Made by a program: the position numbers and the translations under genes
Assembly: GCA_032718475.1 (NCBI GenBank)
Contig: JAUCBJ010009025.1
Coordinates: forward strand, 1-61,713
Direction of reading: 5' to 3'
From: Nemertoderma westbladi
Lineage: Eukaryota > Animalia > Xenacoelomorpha
Length of the DNA stretch: 61,713 nt
In this document: in pieces, positions 26,962 through 38,910 of the stretch
Position numbering within the stretch: position 1 is the first letter of the stretch
Layout of the letters: every line of letters starts with the position of its first letter
Notes under the pieces: model-generated
Database searches by the model: none
What the model saw: the letters and a program-made list of their open reading frames with translations, nothing else
What the model was told of the DNA's origin: nothing

Positions 26962-27174
26962 ATGAAATTCATCATCGTTGCTTCCATATTTTTCTTTGCT
27001 TTCTGCGCTGTGCAGATCCGAGCCGCTGGGCTATTTACTCATTGTCCATGCCAGGTCTGTGAGTTTCCTGAACTGAATGCCTGTGAAGTTTTCCCCCCTC
27101 AAGATTGCCACGAGTGCTCTCGTATTTGGGGAGAATATACGTGCGGTGGATGTGGGTGGTTGGAGCTCAAGTAG
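26962..27174 (+). CDS. Small secreted cysteine-rich peptide, paralogue 2 (70 aa)
   Basis: Signal peptide MKFIIVASIFFFAFCAVQIRA; mature region C-x-C-x2-C-x7-C-x7-C-x2-C-x8-C-x2-C; AAAATG start context. Confidence 0.88.
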   Translation: MKFIIVASIFFFAFCAVQIRAAGLFTHCPCQVCEFPELNACEVFPPQDCHECSRIWGEYTCGGCGWLELK

Positions 27175-27720
27175 ACTTAGACAGTTAATCTACCACGTTT
27201 TATCAGCCTGACTTAATGTGATTATGTTGTTGTAATAATGGAGTCCTCCACCGGAAAGGACTTTATAATGACCGACTGACTAATTCAAATAAGGTGTTGG
27301 TGAAGTTGATGGGTTATTCTATTTTGATATACAAGCTAATTATAATATTGTTGGGTTGGTGGTTTAGGTATGTAGACATCAGATCATTTACCACAGTAAT
27401 ATTATGTGCGAACTTTTGTTTCTATTAAATAATACATAATATAAAAAAAAACTGATACATACATCTGTCTGTATTATTTTTATGAACTATGAATGAAGCT
27501 AACTAAATCTCAAATGATTTTTGGACAGTTAAGGGTAGGCTTAGTTAATTCCATTTAGATATTTAGCACATGAGGGTGCACTGTAATACCCACCTTTCCC
27601 CTCCCAAAACTATATTTATATAACCATGCAATTTGAATGAATTTTGGGTGTATCATCATGGAATAATAAATATATTGATGATCCTTTTTGCCTCTGTTTT
27701 TATACTACCACTTTCATTAA

Positions 27721-27920
27721 GGGGGGGGGGGGGGGGGGGTGTACCCCCTCAGGAGAGTTTTTTTTAAACAGCTCAAACTTCGTGTTGTAGGTCAATATCA
27801 TTGTTATGTTGTGCTCAGCCAACGTGAGGAAGGCCAAAGAGCAACAAAAATTTAAATTTAAATTTTTTTTGTGTCCCTCTAGCGGCGAGTGGCGGAATTA
27901 AATATTTCACTAAAAACACT
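27721..27920. mobile_element. Partial copy of the Kolobok-like MITE
   Basis: TTAA|GGGG..GTACCCCCTCAGGAGAG...; reverse complement of ~8720-8902. Confidence 0.55.
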
Positions 27921-28049
27921 ACTAGTCCCTTAATATTTATCGAATTTTTTTGAAACCAACTCTTTTGGACTCAGCACCATCGTTTCTACAAAAATTATCC
28001 AGCCGATTTTTTAAATTATTAATTTTTAAGTAAATTAATTAAATTAGGA

Positions 28050-29191
28050 ACTCATTCGCCATCCCCCGGCTTACATTCTTTTTCGGATGGCACCCTGCTT
28101 CGGTTTCCCGCAACAGCTTCGGGACTACGACTGTCTCCTCCGCAATGCCCTCCAAGAGGTCGCAAACGCCCACATCGACGACCCTTCCTGGGCCCAGGCC
28201 TGCCTCCCTGCACGGGTGGGTGGTCTCGGATTGAGTTCCACTATGCAGCTTGCACCCTCCACCTTCCTGGCTTCAGCGGCTGCCTGCGCAACTCTTTCCA
28301 ACCGCCTTCTCCCGTCAGAGGGAGCGCCGAGCCCAGCTGCCGAATTGGCCGTCGAGGTCCGGAATGCCTCACTCCCCCCAGATTCGATGCCGCCAACAAC
28401 GACCATGCAGAGCGCGTGGATGGCCCCGGTCCATGCTGCAAACCTGGATGCGTTGCGCCTCGGCGCGACACCCGACAACCTCGCGAGGTTTAACTCCCTC
28501 GACCACCCAGTCGCTGGCTGTTGGCTCAATGCCCGGCCCAGTTCCTCGTTGGGGCTGAAGCTTGACGACAGCCAATTTAGGATCGCCCATGCCACTCAGC
28601 TGGGTTGCAAGGTGGTCGAGCCCCATACCTGCCGCTGTGGCAGTCCGGTGGCGGCGGATGGCCTCCATGGTCTATGCTGCCAGAAGAGCACTGGCCGGCA
28701 CCCCCGTCATGCTATGTTAAATGAAATAGTGAGGTGGGCACTGGTCAGCTACGGGGTTCCGTTCATCTTGGAGCCACCTGGCCTCTGCCAGACTGATGGG
28801 ATGAGGGTCGATGGGGTGACTGGAGCCAGGGCCGCACACTGGCTGGGGATTCCACTGTCACCGATCCCCTCGCCCCCAGCCCCCAACCAGCACTCTGGTT
28901 GCCGGTGGGCGGGCTGCAGAAGGAGCAGAGCGGGCAAAGAACATAAAGTACTGGGAGGTTGTGGAGCGGGGCCACTTATTCCACCCCGTGGCCTATGAGA
29001 CTTTCGGCCGCCCAGGACCCGAGACTGCCACCTTCCTACGGGAGGTCGGGTCCCGCCTCCACATCGCCATGCACGAACCCCGCTCCCACCAGTTTCTCCT
29101 GCATCGCCTTGCTGTGGCGATTTTGGTGGGAAATGCTGCGTCAGTGATGGGAACGGCCGACACTCCACATCACGGACTGTACGACGTTTAG
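28050..29191 (+). pseudogene. 5'-truncated non-LTR retrotransposon with restriction-like endonuclease (CRE-clade-like), frameshifted
   Basis: QACLP...GGLGL, GCWLNA, CRCG...GLHGLCC, RHAMLN, EPPGL..DGMRVDG, PVAYETFG, LAVAILVGNA; GC-rich island. Confidence 0.8.
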
Positions 29192-29589
29192 TTTCCGGGT
29201 TATTCGCTCCATGATTAAAACTGAAAGTAACTAATATAAGATATATATCTATATTATCTTGCCCCATCTTTGATCTATCATATAAAAAACTTTCATGTGA
29301 TTAGATTCAAAACTGTGAAAGCCTTATGGATTTAAGCTCTGATTGTCAGTGAACAGTCACAAATGACTGTTAAGCCACTGATTACGAACTGCATACAGTG
29401 GGGTGTAGTGTACACTGACACCACTATCATACAACTGATTCATCACCAGACAATTGCTCATTGGTTGATTAGAACTGGGGTGGAATTCCTTCGACCAATG
29501 AATCTAGACAGAGTAGATGGAAATCAAGACCGACATAAATAATTCATAATATTATCACTTTTGTTGGGCACAGCTTTTGTAAAGTCGGC

Positions 29590-29665
29590 AATGACGTCCA
29601 AGTGGGATCGAACTGGTGACATCCGGGTTGGAAATCTGAAGGCCTACTAATAAGACCACAGCTGT
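29590..29665 (-). mobile_element. tRNA-derived SINE-like head
   Basis: Minus strand TGGTCTTATTAGTAGG...GTCACCAGTTCGATCCC (A/B-box-like). Confidence 0.35.
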
Positions 29666-30859
29666 TTAGGTTGAACCCTGAACTAAGTAGTGTAGCTAGG
29701 CAAACAATATTAAAATTATGTTATATCAGAAAATCCTAGTGATATTAAAGTTTTCATCCCGTCAACATACATTCAATACTAGGGTCTAGTAGCCTGGTAA
29801 GTAACTGGACTTTTAAGTAAAATGTAGAATATAGTAAATAAAATATATAATATGCATCACGTTACTAATTAGAGTTCCTGGGTATGAATCTGAGCACCTG
29901 TTTGTTTACGAATCAATTTTCCTACTTACCAACTGGATAAAATCAAAGCAACACACTTAAACAAATGCTTTGACTACATATATCGGCATCTTTTACATTG
30001 GCGCTACATTTAGCTAGGGAAAATACTTTTATAGAGATGCACTACAGAAAACTGCAAATATATTTGACCAAACAGTACTAGCTCAATACCAATAATTAAT
30101 AATAATAAATTAATTGTTGTGGTGTGAGTGACGGTGAATTAAGTACCGGTATATAATGTAATAGGACAATATGATATCCCACTCCATAGCGAATTCATCA
30201 TCCGTCCTGGTTGCTCAGTTGTCTTAGGACACACACACCCGGCTGAAGATAACCGGAAATTTGAAACCTAGGTACCGGGTTCGAGCCCCAATAGGGTTGG
30301 TTGATATTTTTCGCTATGGAGACCATTGCCATATAACATTATATATACTTAATATCAACAATTCAGACGAACATCTTTACATCTTTATCGTTGAGTCGGG
30401 CATTGTCACGCTCTCGGTAAAGTTGTACATGTACATAGTGTAATTACGATTTATATTGGTTTTAGGTTAGCGTAGTGTAATATTGTCTTTGTAACCAAGT
30501 AACATAAAGGATCCCCTTGGAAATAAGCTGCAAAGCTTTAGGGGTAATCCTATATGTTATATTGGACAATACCTTTATACCGGTACATTGTTTGGTGTAT
30601 TTGTTATTGTTTTTACATAATGTATAAATAAATATATCTATCTATGAACGGAAGAACTTTGAATCAGAACAGTATGGTTGAGCTGGGGCTGTTGCGAAGT
30701 GGACCCTCGAGTTTACCATAATTTACTAGAACTTATGATTTAGTTCATTTGTTTCTCGGGTTTCACTCAAATCAATATCCCATTCTTACTCTACAAGACC
30801 TGTTTAAGTTATTGGTCGGAAGTGTCAGAAGTCATAAACTCGATCATTAGGAAGAGGCC

Positions 30860-31320
30860 CATCTCAAACTTGTACTTTTTGGTGAAGGGTACGAAATTTG
30901 GTGCTAGCACTAAAATTTGCCATATTACGCCGAAAAATACGCAATGATCTGGCAAATTAGAAATGTATTCGCTTAGAATCAGCGCCAGAGAAAACCTTAA
31001 AATGTGAATTTATAACATCGTATAAGTGAATTAAAAATTTTGTATCCAAACTGAAAAGTGCTGGTTACTTGTTTTTTTTTCATTTTCTGCCTACATAGAG
31101 GACTAAATCAGCCATTTATAGTAATCAGGTCATTTTGAATTATTTTCCAATGGATTCAGCGTCCCAGAAAACCTATATTGAAAAACTATTAGCCGTTAAT
31201 TGTAACTTTCAAATTTCTTAAAAATTTTTAACTACTTGAAATTTTTGTGCTGCAAAATAACCACCCCAGTACATTTTTTCGAAAATTTTTTTTCGGTTGG
31301 ATTCAGACTAGTGAAATCTA
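30860..31320. repeat. Dispersed copy of the internal repeats of the 18.4-20.3 kb element
   Basis: CATCTCAAACTTGTAC...AAATTTGGTGCTAGCAC...TGAAAAGTGCTGGTTACTTG shared with 19400-19760 and 20080-20310. Confidence 0.8.
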
Positions 31321-31329
31321 CGAATGCTA

Positions 31330-33950
31330 CACTCACAGACCCCGGGGTCGGTAATGGAATAAGTTACACCTTGTAGTCAGAGCCACAAAAATTAACTCAC
31401 CAGGGTTCACCTTACTCCCAACCATGCGATAGATACTGTCACCAACACGAGCAATTTGGAATTTAACCAAATCTGCCATTGTAAATCATTCAATCTAACA
31501 GGGCCGGTATTTTGGTGGTAAACTCTCAGAGATCGACTTGTGTGTAACCATAGGTTCTGCTCTGTCAATAATTGAGTCCATGGAAATTGACCACACATAC
31601 TGCTACTGTGATCATGTAGCTCTCTCGGTTGTTGTCTCTAGCAGCTGCTTTACCCCTATTAGTATCTCGGATCTGTTGGAAAGATCTTCTTTGTTGGGTC
31701 ATTTTAGTCATTATTATGTGATTATGTCAGCAAACTCAATGCGACCATCGGTGTCTATCACATAAGGTTGTCGACTGTCATAAATTCACAAAGCGGCTGT
31801 CGCTGATTTTTCCACCAACATTGAATATTGACTATTCAAATGGCAACCCAAACTTGTTAAACTTACAGCTGACCGACCTGTCCGCTCTTATAAATAATAC
31901 GGTAAATGCATGCATAGTACAGCCACCGAATTCCAATGTCTACAGATGCAAGGCAACACAGATGAGAAAAGCTCCTCAATTCGGGTGACAGTAAAAAGAT
32001 TTGGTGGTCACTTAATTGGAAAGGGGAGCTCTGCCGTGACGAATACAGGAACACACCTAGCGTTGAACAGTTTAAATCACATTTTGAATCACTGTTTAAT
32101 CCGCCGGACACACATGATATTGATGTGGACACCGAATCCATACGCCCCCCTGCTAGACGACAACTTCACACAAGAGGAACTCGCAGATGCTATGGCATCA
32201 TTAAATCTCAATAAAAGTTACGTGGGCCTGTCACCATGATTATTCTGTTCATTGCCTGGTTTAGTTGTTTATGTTCTTTCTATCACTGTTGCACATTGGG
32301 CTCTATGGTTTACTACCGATTTCGTGGGTACTTAGCACATTGGTGATATTGTTTAAAAGAGGTGATAGAAAAGTAATAAAGACCACCACAATAAAGATTG
32401 TGGCAACTACCGGGGAATCTCAATATCGACAACCTTAACTAAAATATTCGATCTTACGTTGAATGCAAGGCTAACTAAATAGTACAAAATTAGTAAATTT
32501 CAAGAGGATGGGCAAAGAGGGCGTGGGTGTATAGAACATATTCTTACTTTACAATTACTAATAGACTGCAACATTTAAAAAGGCTCGTTTATTTGTACTG
32601 TTTGTGGATTTTAGTAAGGCATATATATGACCATGTCCCAAGGGATCTGATATTGCTTATGTTAAATTGATTGGGTTGTGGTAAATTAATGCTATGTGCC
32701 ATCAAACTACTATATTCGTCCACTATAAATATTTTGAAAACGTTTGCTATTATTCAACAATAGGTTTACGTCAGGGTGCACCGTCAAGTATTTTTCTTTT
32801 CTGTTTATACATAGACTCATTAGTGCATTTAATATGTAGCGCTGTAACATCAGATGGGTTTTTAGGACTTATTGATGTCCGTCCTACTTGTCGTGGATGA
32901 CACTGTCATTCTTGCCGCAACACGGAAAAATTGTTTATTCAAATTAAAAGCTCTAACAGATTTCTGTAGGTCATCCGGTATGGTAATCAATGAGAAAAAA
33001 CTTACTTTTTGTAATAAGGGTGGTGCTGGTGACAAAGAAGCGCTCACATGCGACGGTGTTTCTGTAAGTGACTGCGATAGTTATGTTTATTTGGGCAAAT
33101 TTTTCACCAATGACGGAAAAATAAAGACTGCCCTGAACCTCCCTTGTAATTCTTGTGAAGAGGCAATAAATACATTCGCAATTTTTTGTGCAAATAAAAC
33201 CTGTATTCCTTTTATTTTTAAGAAGCAACTTCTTGATGCAGCTATAATGGCGAAAGTATTATACGGCTCTGAGTGTTGGTTATCTACGAACTTAGTAGGT
33301 ATGCACACTATATACAGTAGAATGGTTAAAACCCTGTTAGGTGTCTGTAGTCAAACACCGCTGGGTCTTATAGATGCTGGATCCCGCCATTAAATTACCG
33401 TATTATGTCTGCAAGGAAATGTTGTTTAAAAAACGTTTAGATAATAATGATATAGTTACCTTTCCAATGCGTATTTGAGTTATGTAAAGGTACAAATACC
33501 CCGGGATATAAATCAATTGTAAGTGCGATTAATTTTGATGAAGTCGACTGTTTTGAAAGTGTACAGTATATAGGGCGATTAATAATAAGCTAGACTCTGC
33601 AACTAAGTTTGTATTCTATAGTTTGTACAGTACGTTTGTATTGTATAGAACTGTATGCAACCCATAGTTGAAAATGTTTCCTGTGTACAAACACAAAGTA
33701 CCTATATTCCTGATTATCTTAGGTTGTCAGTTTCCTGTATGAGATTGAGTTCCCACAGTTTAATAGCTGAGCGGGGCCGCTGGAGCATGACCCCCACATT
33801 GCGATCGAGTTTGCCGCTGTGACTCAGTCTTACTGGAAGATGAGAGACATGTGCTGCTCCAATGTCCCATAAAACAGCTTCATTACACGCGATAAATTTA
33901 ATATTACACCCTGCCAGATTTTAACCTCGTTTTTTCGAAGAAACTAACTT
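31330..33950 (+). pseudogene. Degenerate non-LTR retrotransposon ORF2 (L2/Daphne/RTEX-like)
   Basis: NYRGISI, LFVDFSKA, GLRQG, VDDTV, YVYLG and C-terminal RLSSHSL..ERGRW...EDERHVLLQCP, scattered over frames. Confidence 0.8.
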
Positions 33951-33955
33951 AGATA

Positions 33956-35067
33956 TACTACTACTACTACTAGGTCGAGCGAACTCGGACAGTGGAAATG
34001 AGATCCTTCCAGGCTTCCAGATTCTCCATAGTTGTTGCAATTTCGTTTCTCCCAAGTTCAGTATCCCTTTCAAGTTGATCTATATATGGTATGGCCGGTC
34101 GTCCACGACTACGCTTTCCATGAGTTGGTTGCCAGAGAAGTAGATCTGGTATGACCTCGTCTTTACTTCGCCAGCAGTGCCCGCTGAATCTTAATCTGCG
34201 TTCACGGAGGGTGGTTGATACAGGTGGTATTGTACAATAAAGCTCGGCGTTTGTCATGTGTTGTCTACAGCTGATGTTTAGGGCTGCCCTTAGTAGTCTT
34301 GTGTAGCAACCATCAATTCGTTGTTCAAGTGATTTAGTCAGTGTCCAGGTCTCACCCCCGTATAAAAATACACTTTCCACTGTGGCTCGAAAGAACTTAG
34401 TCTTCAGGTGCCTGGAGAGATCTGATTTCCAGATGGTATCCATTTTTGATAGAGCTACCCAAGCCTTTGCTTTCCTAACTTCTATGTCCTTTTTGCTACT
34501 CTCTATCCATGATCCAAGGTACTGGAAGTCATTGACCTTCCTTAGTTGATTATTATCAATGGTTGTCAAGTTTCCATCAACATTAAATGTCATGAATTCG
34601 GTCTTGGTAGCATTTATATGCTATCCAACCTCCTTAGCAGCCCTCTCCACTTTATTTAGTAGAAGCTGTGCATCTGCTAGCGTATTAGAGAGCAGGGCGA
34701 TGTCATCCGCAAAGTCGGTGTCTGTGACTGTAGTTGCCGGATATCTACTACTTCTGCGTTCTTGAAGTGGAATCCCAGATCTTCACCCTTTGTGGCCGTC
34801 CTCATTGCGTAATCCAGCACAATTACAAATAGTAATGGTGCTAATGTGTCACCTTGCAGTACGCCAGCCAGGATTGAGAAAAACTCAGTTTCACCATCTG
34901 GTGAGAGTACCTGCGCTTCTGTGTCACAATATAACAATCCAATGCCAGCAACAATTACTTCTGGTATTCCATAAGCTCTTAGGATTTCAAGCATTTTACC
35001 TCTATGGAAGGAGTCGAATGCCTTCTTGAAGTCCACAAAAGTCATGACTGCGGGGAGATTCTTTGAC
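33956..35067 (-). pseudogene. RTE-clade LINE 3' portion with (TAG)n tail
   Basis: FVDFKKAFDS, GVLQGDTLAP, DFADD, FQYLGS, YGGETW, RLRFSGHCWR; TACTACTAC tail. Confidence 0.92.
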
Positions 35068-35071
35068 TTAA

Positions 35072-38000
35072 CCCTATTACCACTGGGGGGGGGGGGGGGG
35101 GGGGGGCGAATCGGCCCCTTCCTAGTTTTTAGTTGCTGTAACTATGCAACCACATTATGTACCCGCCCAATTTTTATTGAGAATTAGCCAAATTTAATGC
35201 CGCATCTTTTGCAAAAAACGACGTTGCAATTGGATTTCTACTTTTCGATGTGGGTGCCACCTCAAAATTTGGTCTCCAGAACCAAATTTTTTGAAATTTT
35301 CGAATTTTACAAAGTCATTCGTGATTTAGTAATTATTTATGTATGGGCTATTTTTATTTATTTTTATTGGTTTGGATCACTCTAATGCTCTATACAAGTA
35401 TGTAAGTGTAGTGGCACGTCATTTTTGGAGCACCAAAATTAGGGCGTGGCACTTCAAATTTTGAAAAATACGAGATTCGGAAAATACACTAAATTTTTGA
35501 TTTGCAAAGCATTTTTATAGGTTTTCTGGAGCGCTGAATTGATTGAAAGTAATATAGCAGCCTGAAGACTTTGTGGTTCGCCATTTTTGGTGCGCCAAAA
35601 TTAGGGCGTGGCACATCAAATTTTGAAAAAAACAAGATTCGGAAAATACACTAAAGTTTTGATTTCAAAGCATTTTTATAGGTTTTCTGGAGCGCTGAAT
35701 CGGTTGAAAGTAATATAGAAGCCTCTAATCCTTGGTGTACGTAATTTTCGGTGCACCAAAATTAGGGCGTGGCACTTCAAATTTTCAAAATTACTTTATT
35801 CGGAAAAAACACTAAAGTTTTCATTTCAAATCATTTTTTTAGGTGTTATGGGCCGCTGAAACCAATGTGTGTGTGACTTGGCCAGAATGTAAGGGTTTAT
35901 TTTATGTTCGTGAATATGGCCTACAATGGTATATCATATATATTGAAATTAGAATTTTATATAACTACTACATACATGCAATTGAGTCTAACTTGGTTTT
36001 ATATACCTAAAATAAACATGATTGGTAGTGGTCTAACTTTAAAATATACTGACAAGGTACATGATTTGAGATTTCCAGTATAGCATTTAGTGCAAAGAAG
36101 AGTTCCATGCGTTTGACAGCAAGTTTCGTGGCAACGGGAACATACAGTTTTCACTTTCTTTATCTTATCCTTCTCTGCACGGTAACAACCTGTTCCAGCT
36201 AGACTATGTAGACAATCGCGGCAACGTTTACGTGTTGGTGTACCACCCTGAGGTTGTGGTGTTTGCGATGTCGAGGGAAGAGTAGCAGTCGTAACTGGCT
36301 CATCGATATACCGCGATATTTTTTCTAGAACTGATCTTTGCAGACCAGTTCTAGAACGACTGACCATATATGGCTTTACCAGTGCAACACCCAACTCCCA
36401 AATTATTTTCCGAGTATTGACGTTCCTTGGATCTTTATTTGCCTTCAAGGCAAGGACAGTTGTAGCATTGACACGGGCCGTATCTAAAATGTAGCTGAAT
36501 TCTACCATTGGCCACCTATTTGATTTCGGTTTTGTGGTGTAGTATCCAATGCGTTGGTCGACTATATCTGTGCCCCCTTTTGAAAAGTCGTAAAGTTTGA
36601 TGATTGCGGGTTTGTTCTTGTTGTCATCCTTTGTCTTCCCAAGGAGTGGATGCATCGACGTCAATACTATAATATTCCTAATAAAATAATAACATATTTA
36701 ATTGCGATTATTTTACTACATATTACTTTATAAATATTTTTCTCAGTTTTCGATTACCGGCACTATTTTATTAATTATTATTTATTTGGTAATTATTCAC
36801 CTATTATGTTATCTCTGAAGAATAACGACCACGCCTGTTCAATGTTATTAATGTTTTTAGCCTCTCTTGTGGCTAACCCTGGTTTCCCAACAACAACATC
36901 AAGGGCTGAGTGTTGTCCACGTAAATCATATGGTTTACCACTCCATGTATAAACACCTTGATGCCCTTCTCTACCATAGGGTGCTTCATAGTTGCAACTT
37001 TCAGCTGGCAAATCAAGTGGATTGTAATTATTTATATCCAATGACGCATCCAAACTATTTATTTATTATATGTTTTGGTTTGTGATGAATAGTGCCAGCT
37101 TTTGAAATTTCTGTGAAGAGGCGTTTTCTTACATTGAGTGTTTTTCCACTTGCCAACTTAGTTGATGCAGGGATTGGTCTCATCGCTATATTCACATTAG
37201 GCCTATCTGGTTCTGCTGCTTGAATTGAATCATTCCCTCCTCGGATTTCTTCCTCCACTTCACCACTCGGTTATACCAATGTTTTCTTCACCCACATTAT
37301 CCAGAAGTAATTCATTTCCTGAAATTCCACTCTCACTTTCCGTTTCACTATCAGAGTCAGTTAGTGGTGGGAGTAAATCATCGTTTTCAAGAAAACGGAT
37401 AGCTTGTTCCAATGTATAATTTGATTTCCCCCTTTGGGCAGTCATATTGTAAATAGTAATAAGGGAATAATTACTTTCACAAACACTGCGATCATTTTTT
37501 TTGCGTGGAAAATCTACATTATAATATTATGCTATTATCGAGTCATAATCTAATCAATTTAGCAGAATTTCGGACATTACAATACCGCATTGTTACTACT
37601 GCTGTACTGAGTAACAGTATATCTGAGTAAATGGTATGTGTCATGTGTGAAATTAATTAGAGCAATAAATGAATATTATTATTTTACTAATATTTACAAT
37701 GATTTTGATATCCAAATTTCTCAAATTAATAATCATATAATAAAATAGTTACAAATTACGCAATTCCAGTCCCAGTAGTTGCCAATATTGCAACCAAGGG
37801 CTGATATTGTCTGAGTTCAACTTCTGATAGAACCAATCACAGCATAGTTCCACTACCTTAGAGGTTACCAGCTTTGTATATAATTATATAATTATTACAT
37901 TAGCAATGCAGGGAGTAAACAAACCTCCTACCTGCTGGCGACTTAGATATGGTTAGTCTGGTTTCACAAGGCATTATGGTTCATTCCTTTGACTAAGCCA

Positions 38001-38906
38001 TTTCCTTCCCAGATACTTGTACCAAAAGCATATAGCTTGGCCTGTATTATTTTCTTAATTTTCGAAATTATTAGATTACGCCTAAATTTTGGGCGCCAAA
38101 AATGAGGCCCACTAAGTATTCTGGCTTTATGAGTAATCTCAATCGAATCAGCGACCCAGCAAACTTATAAAAATGCTTAGAAACATTTTTCGAATCTTGT
38201 ATTTTTAAATTTGATGTGCCACGCCCTAATTTTGATGCACCAAAAATGGCGAACCACTAAGTCTTCAGGCTTCTATATTACTTTCAATCGATTCAGCGGT
38301 CCAGAAAACCTATATAAATGCGATAAAATCTCAATTTTGGTGTATTTTCCGAATCTCGTATTTTTCAAAATTTGAAGTGCCATGCCCTAATTTTGGTGCA
38401 CCAAAAATGGCGAACCACTAAGTCTTCAGGCTTTTATATTACTTTCAATCGATTCAGCGGCCCAGAAAACCTATAAAGATGCTTTGAAATAAAAAATTAG
38501 GAGGATTTTCTGAATATCTAATTTTTCAAAATTTGAAGTGCCACGCCCACTTCTTAGGTGCACGAAAAATAGCATCCACTTCAATTTTTGGAAATGGAAT
38601 ATAATCACATTCGATTCAGCGTCTTGAAAAACCTACTAAATCTAGCCAACTCTGCCACACTATTAGTTTTTAGAAAAGTTAGTTTTGTAATTTTGTCCTG
38701 GGACTACTTTTATTTTTCATCAAAATTATGAGTCCCTGATTATGAAATTTTAACTTTTTAGGGTTTGGTAGTGTTCATCTATAGTTGTTTCACCAAGAGC
38801 CCAAATTTTGTAGGATTTCATTGGACGATTACAAAAATATAGTGGGGGGCCGAATCGGCCCCCCCCCAGTGGTGCTAATGGTCAAAACACCCCAGTGGTA
38901 ATAGGG
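35072..38906 (-). mobile_element. piggyBac DNA transposon, internally deleted
   Basis: TTAA|CCCTATTACCACTGGGG ... CCCCAGTGGTAATAGGG|TTAA; ~155-bp subterminal tandem repeats at ~35420-35860 and inverted at ~38080-38640. Confidence 0.92.
35999..37445 (-). pseudogene. piggyBac transposase remnants: acidic N-terminus, C-terminal catalytic Asp region and Cys-rich domain; central core missing
   Basis: KPAIIKLYDFSKGGTDIVDQ, RWP, RKRCRDC...CSRC..CC..H..CTKC; N-terminal DSDSETESE fragment at 37445. Confidence 0.85.
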
Positions 38907-38910
38907 TTAA

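Noticed and set aside
30200-30295. tRNA gene
   Set aside because: A/B-box-like motifs only, with no consistent cloverleaf; at most a SINE relic
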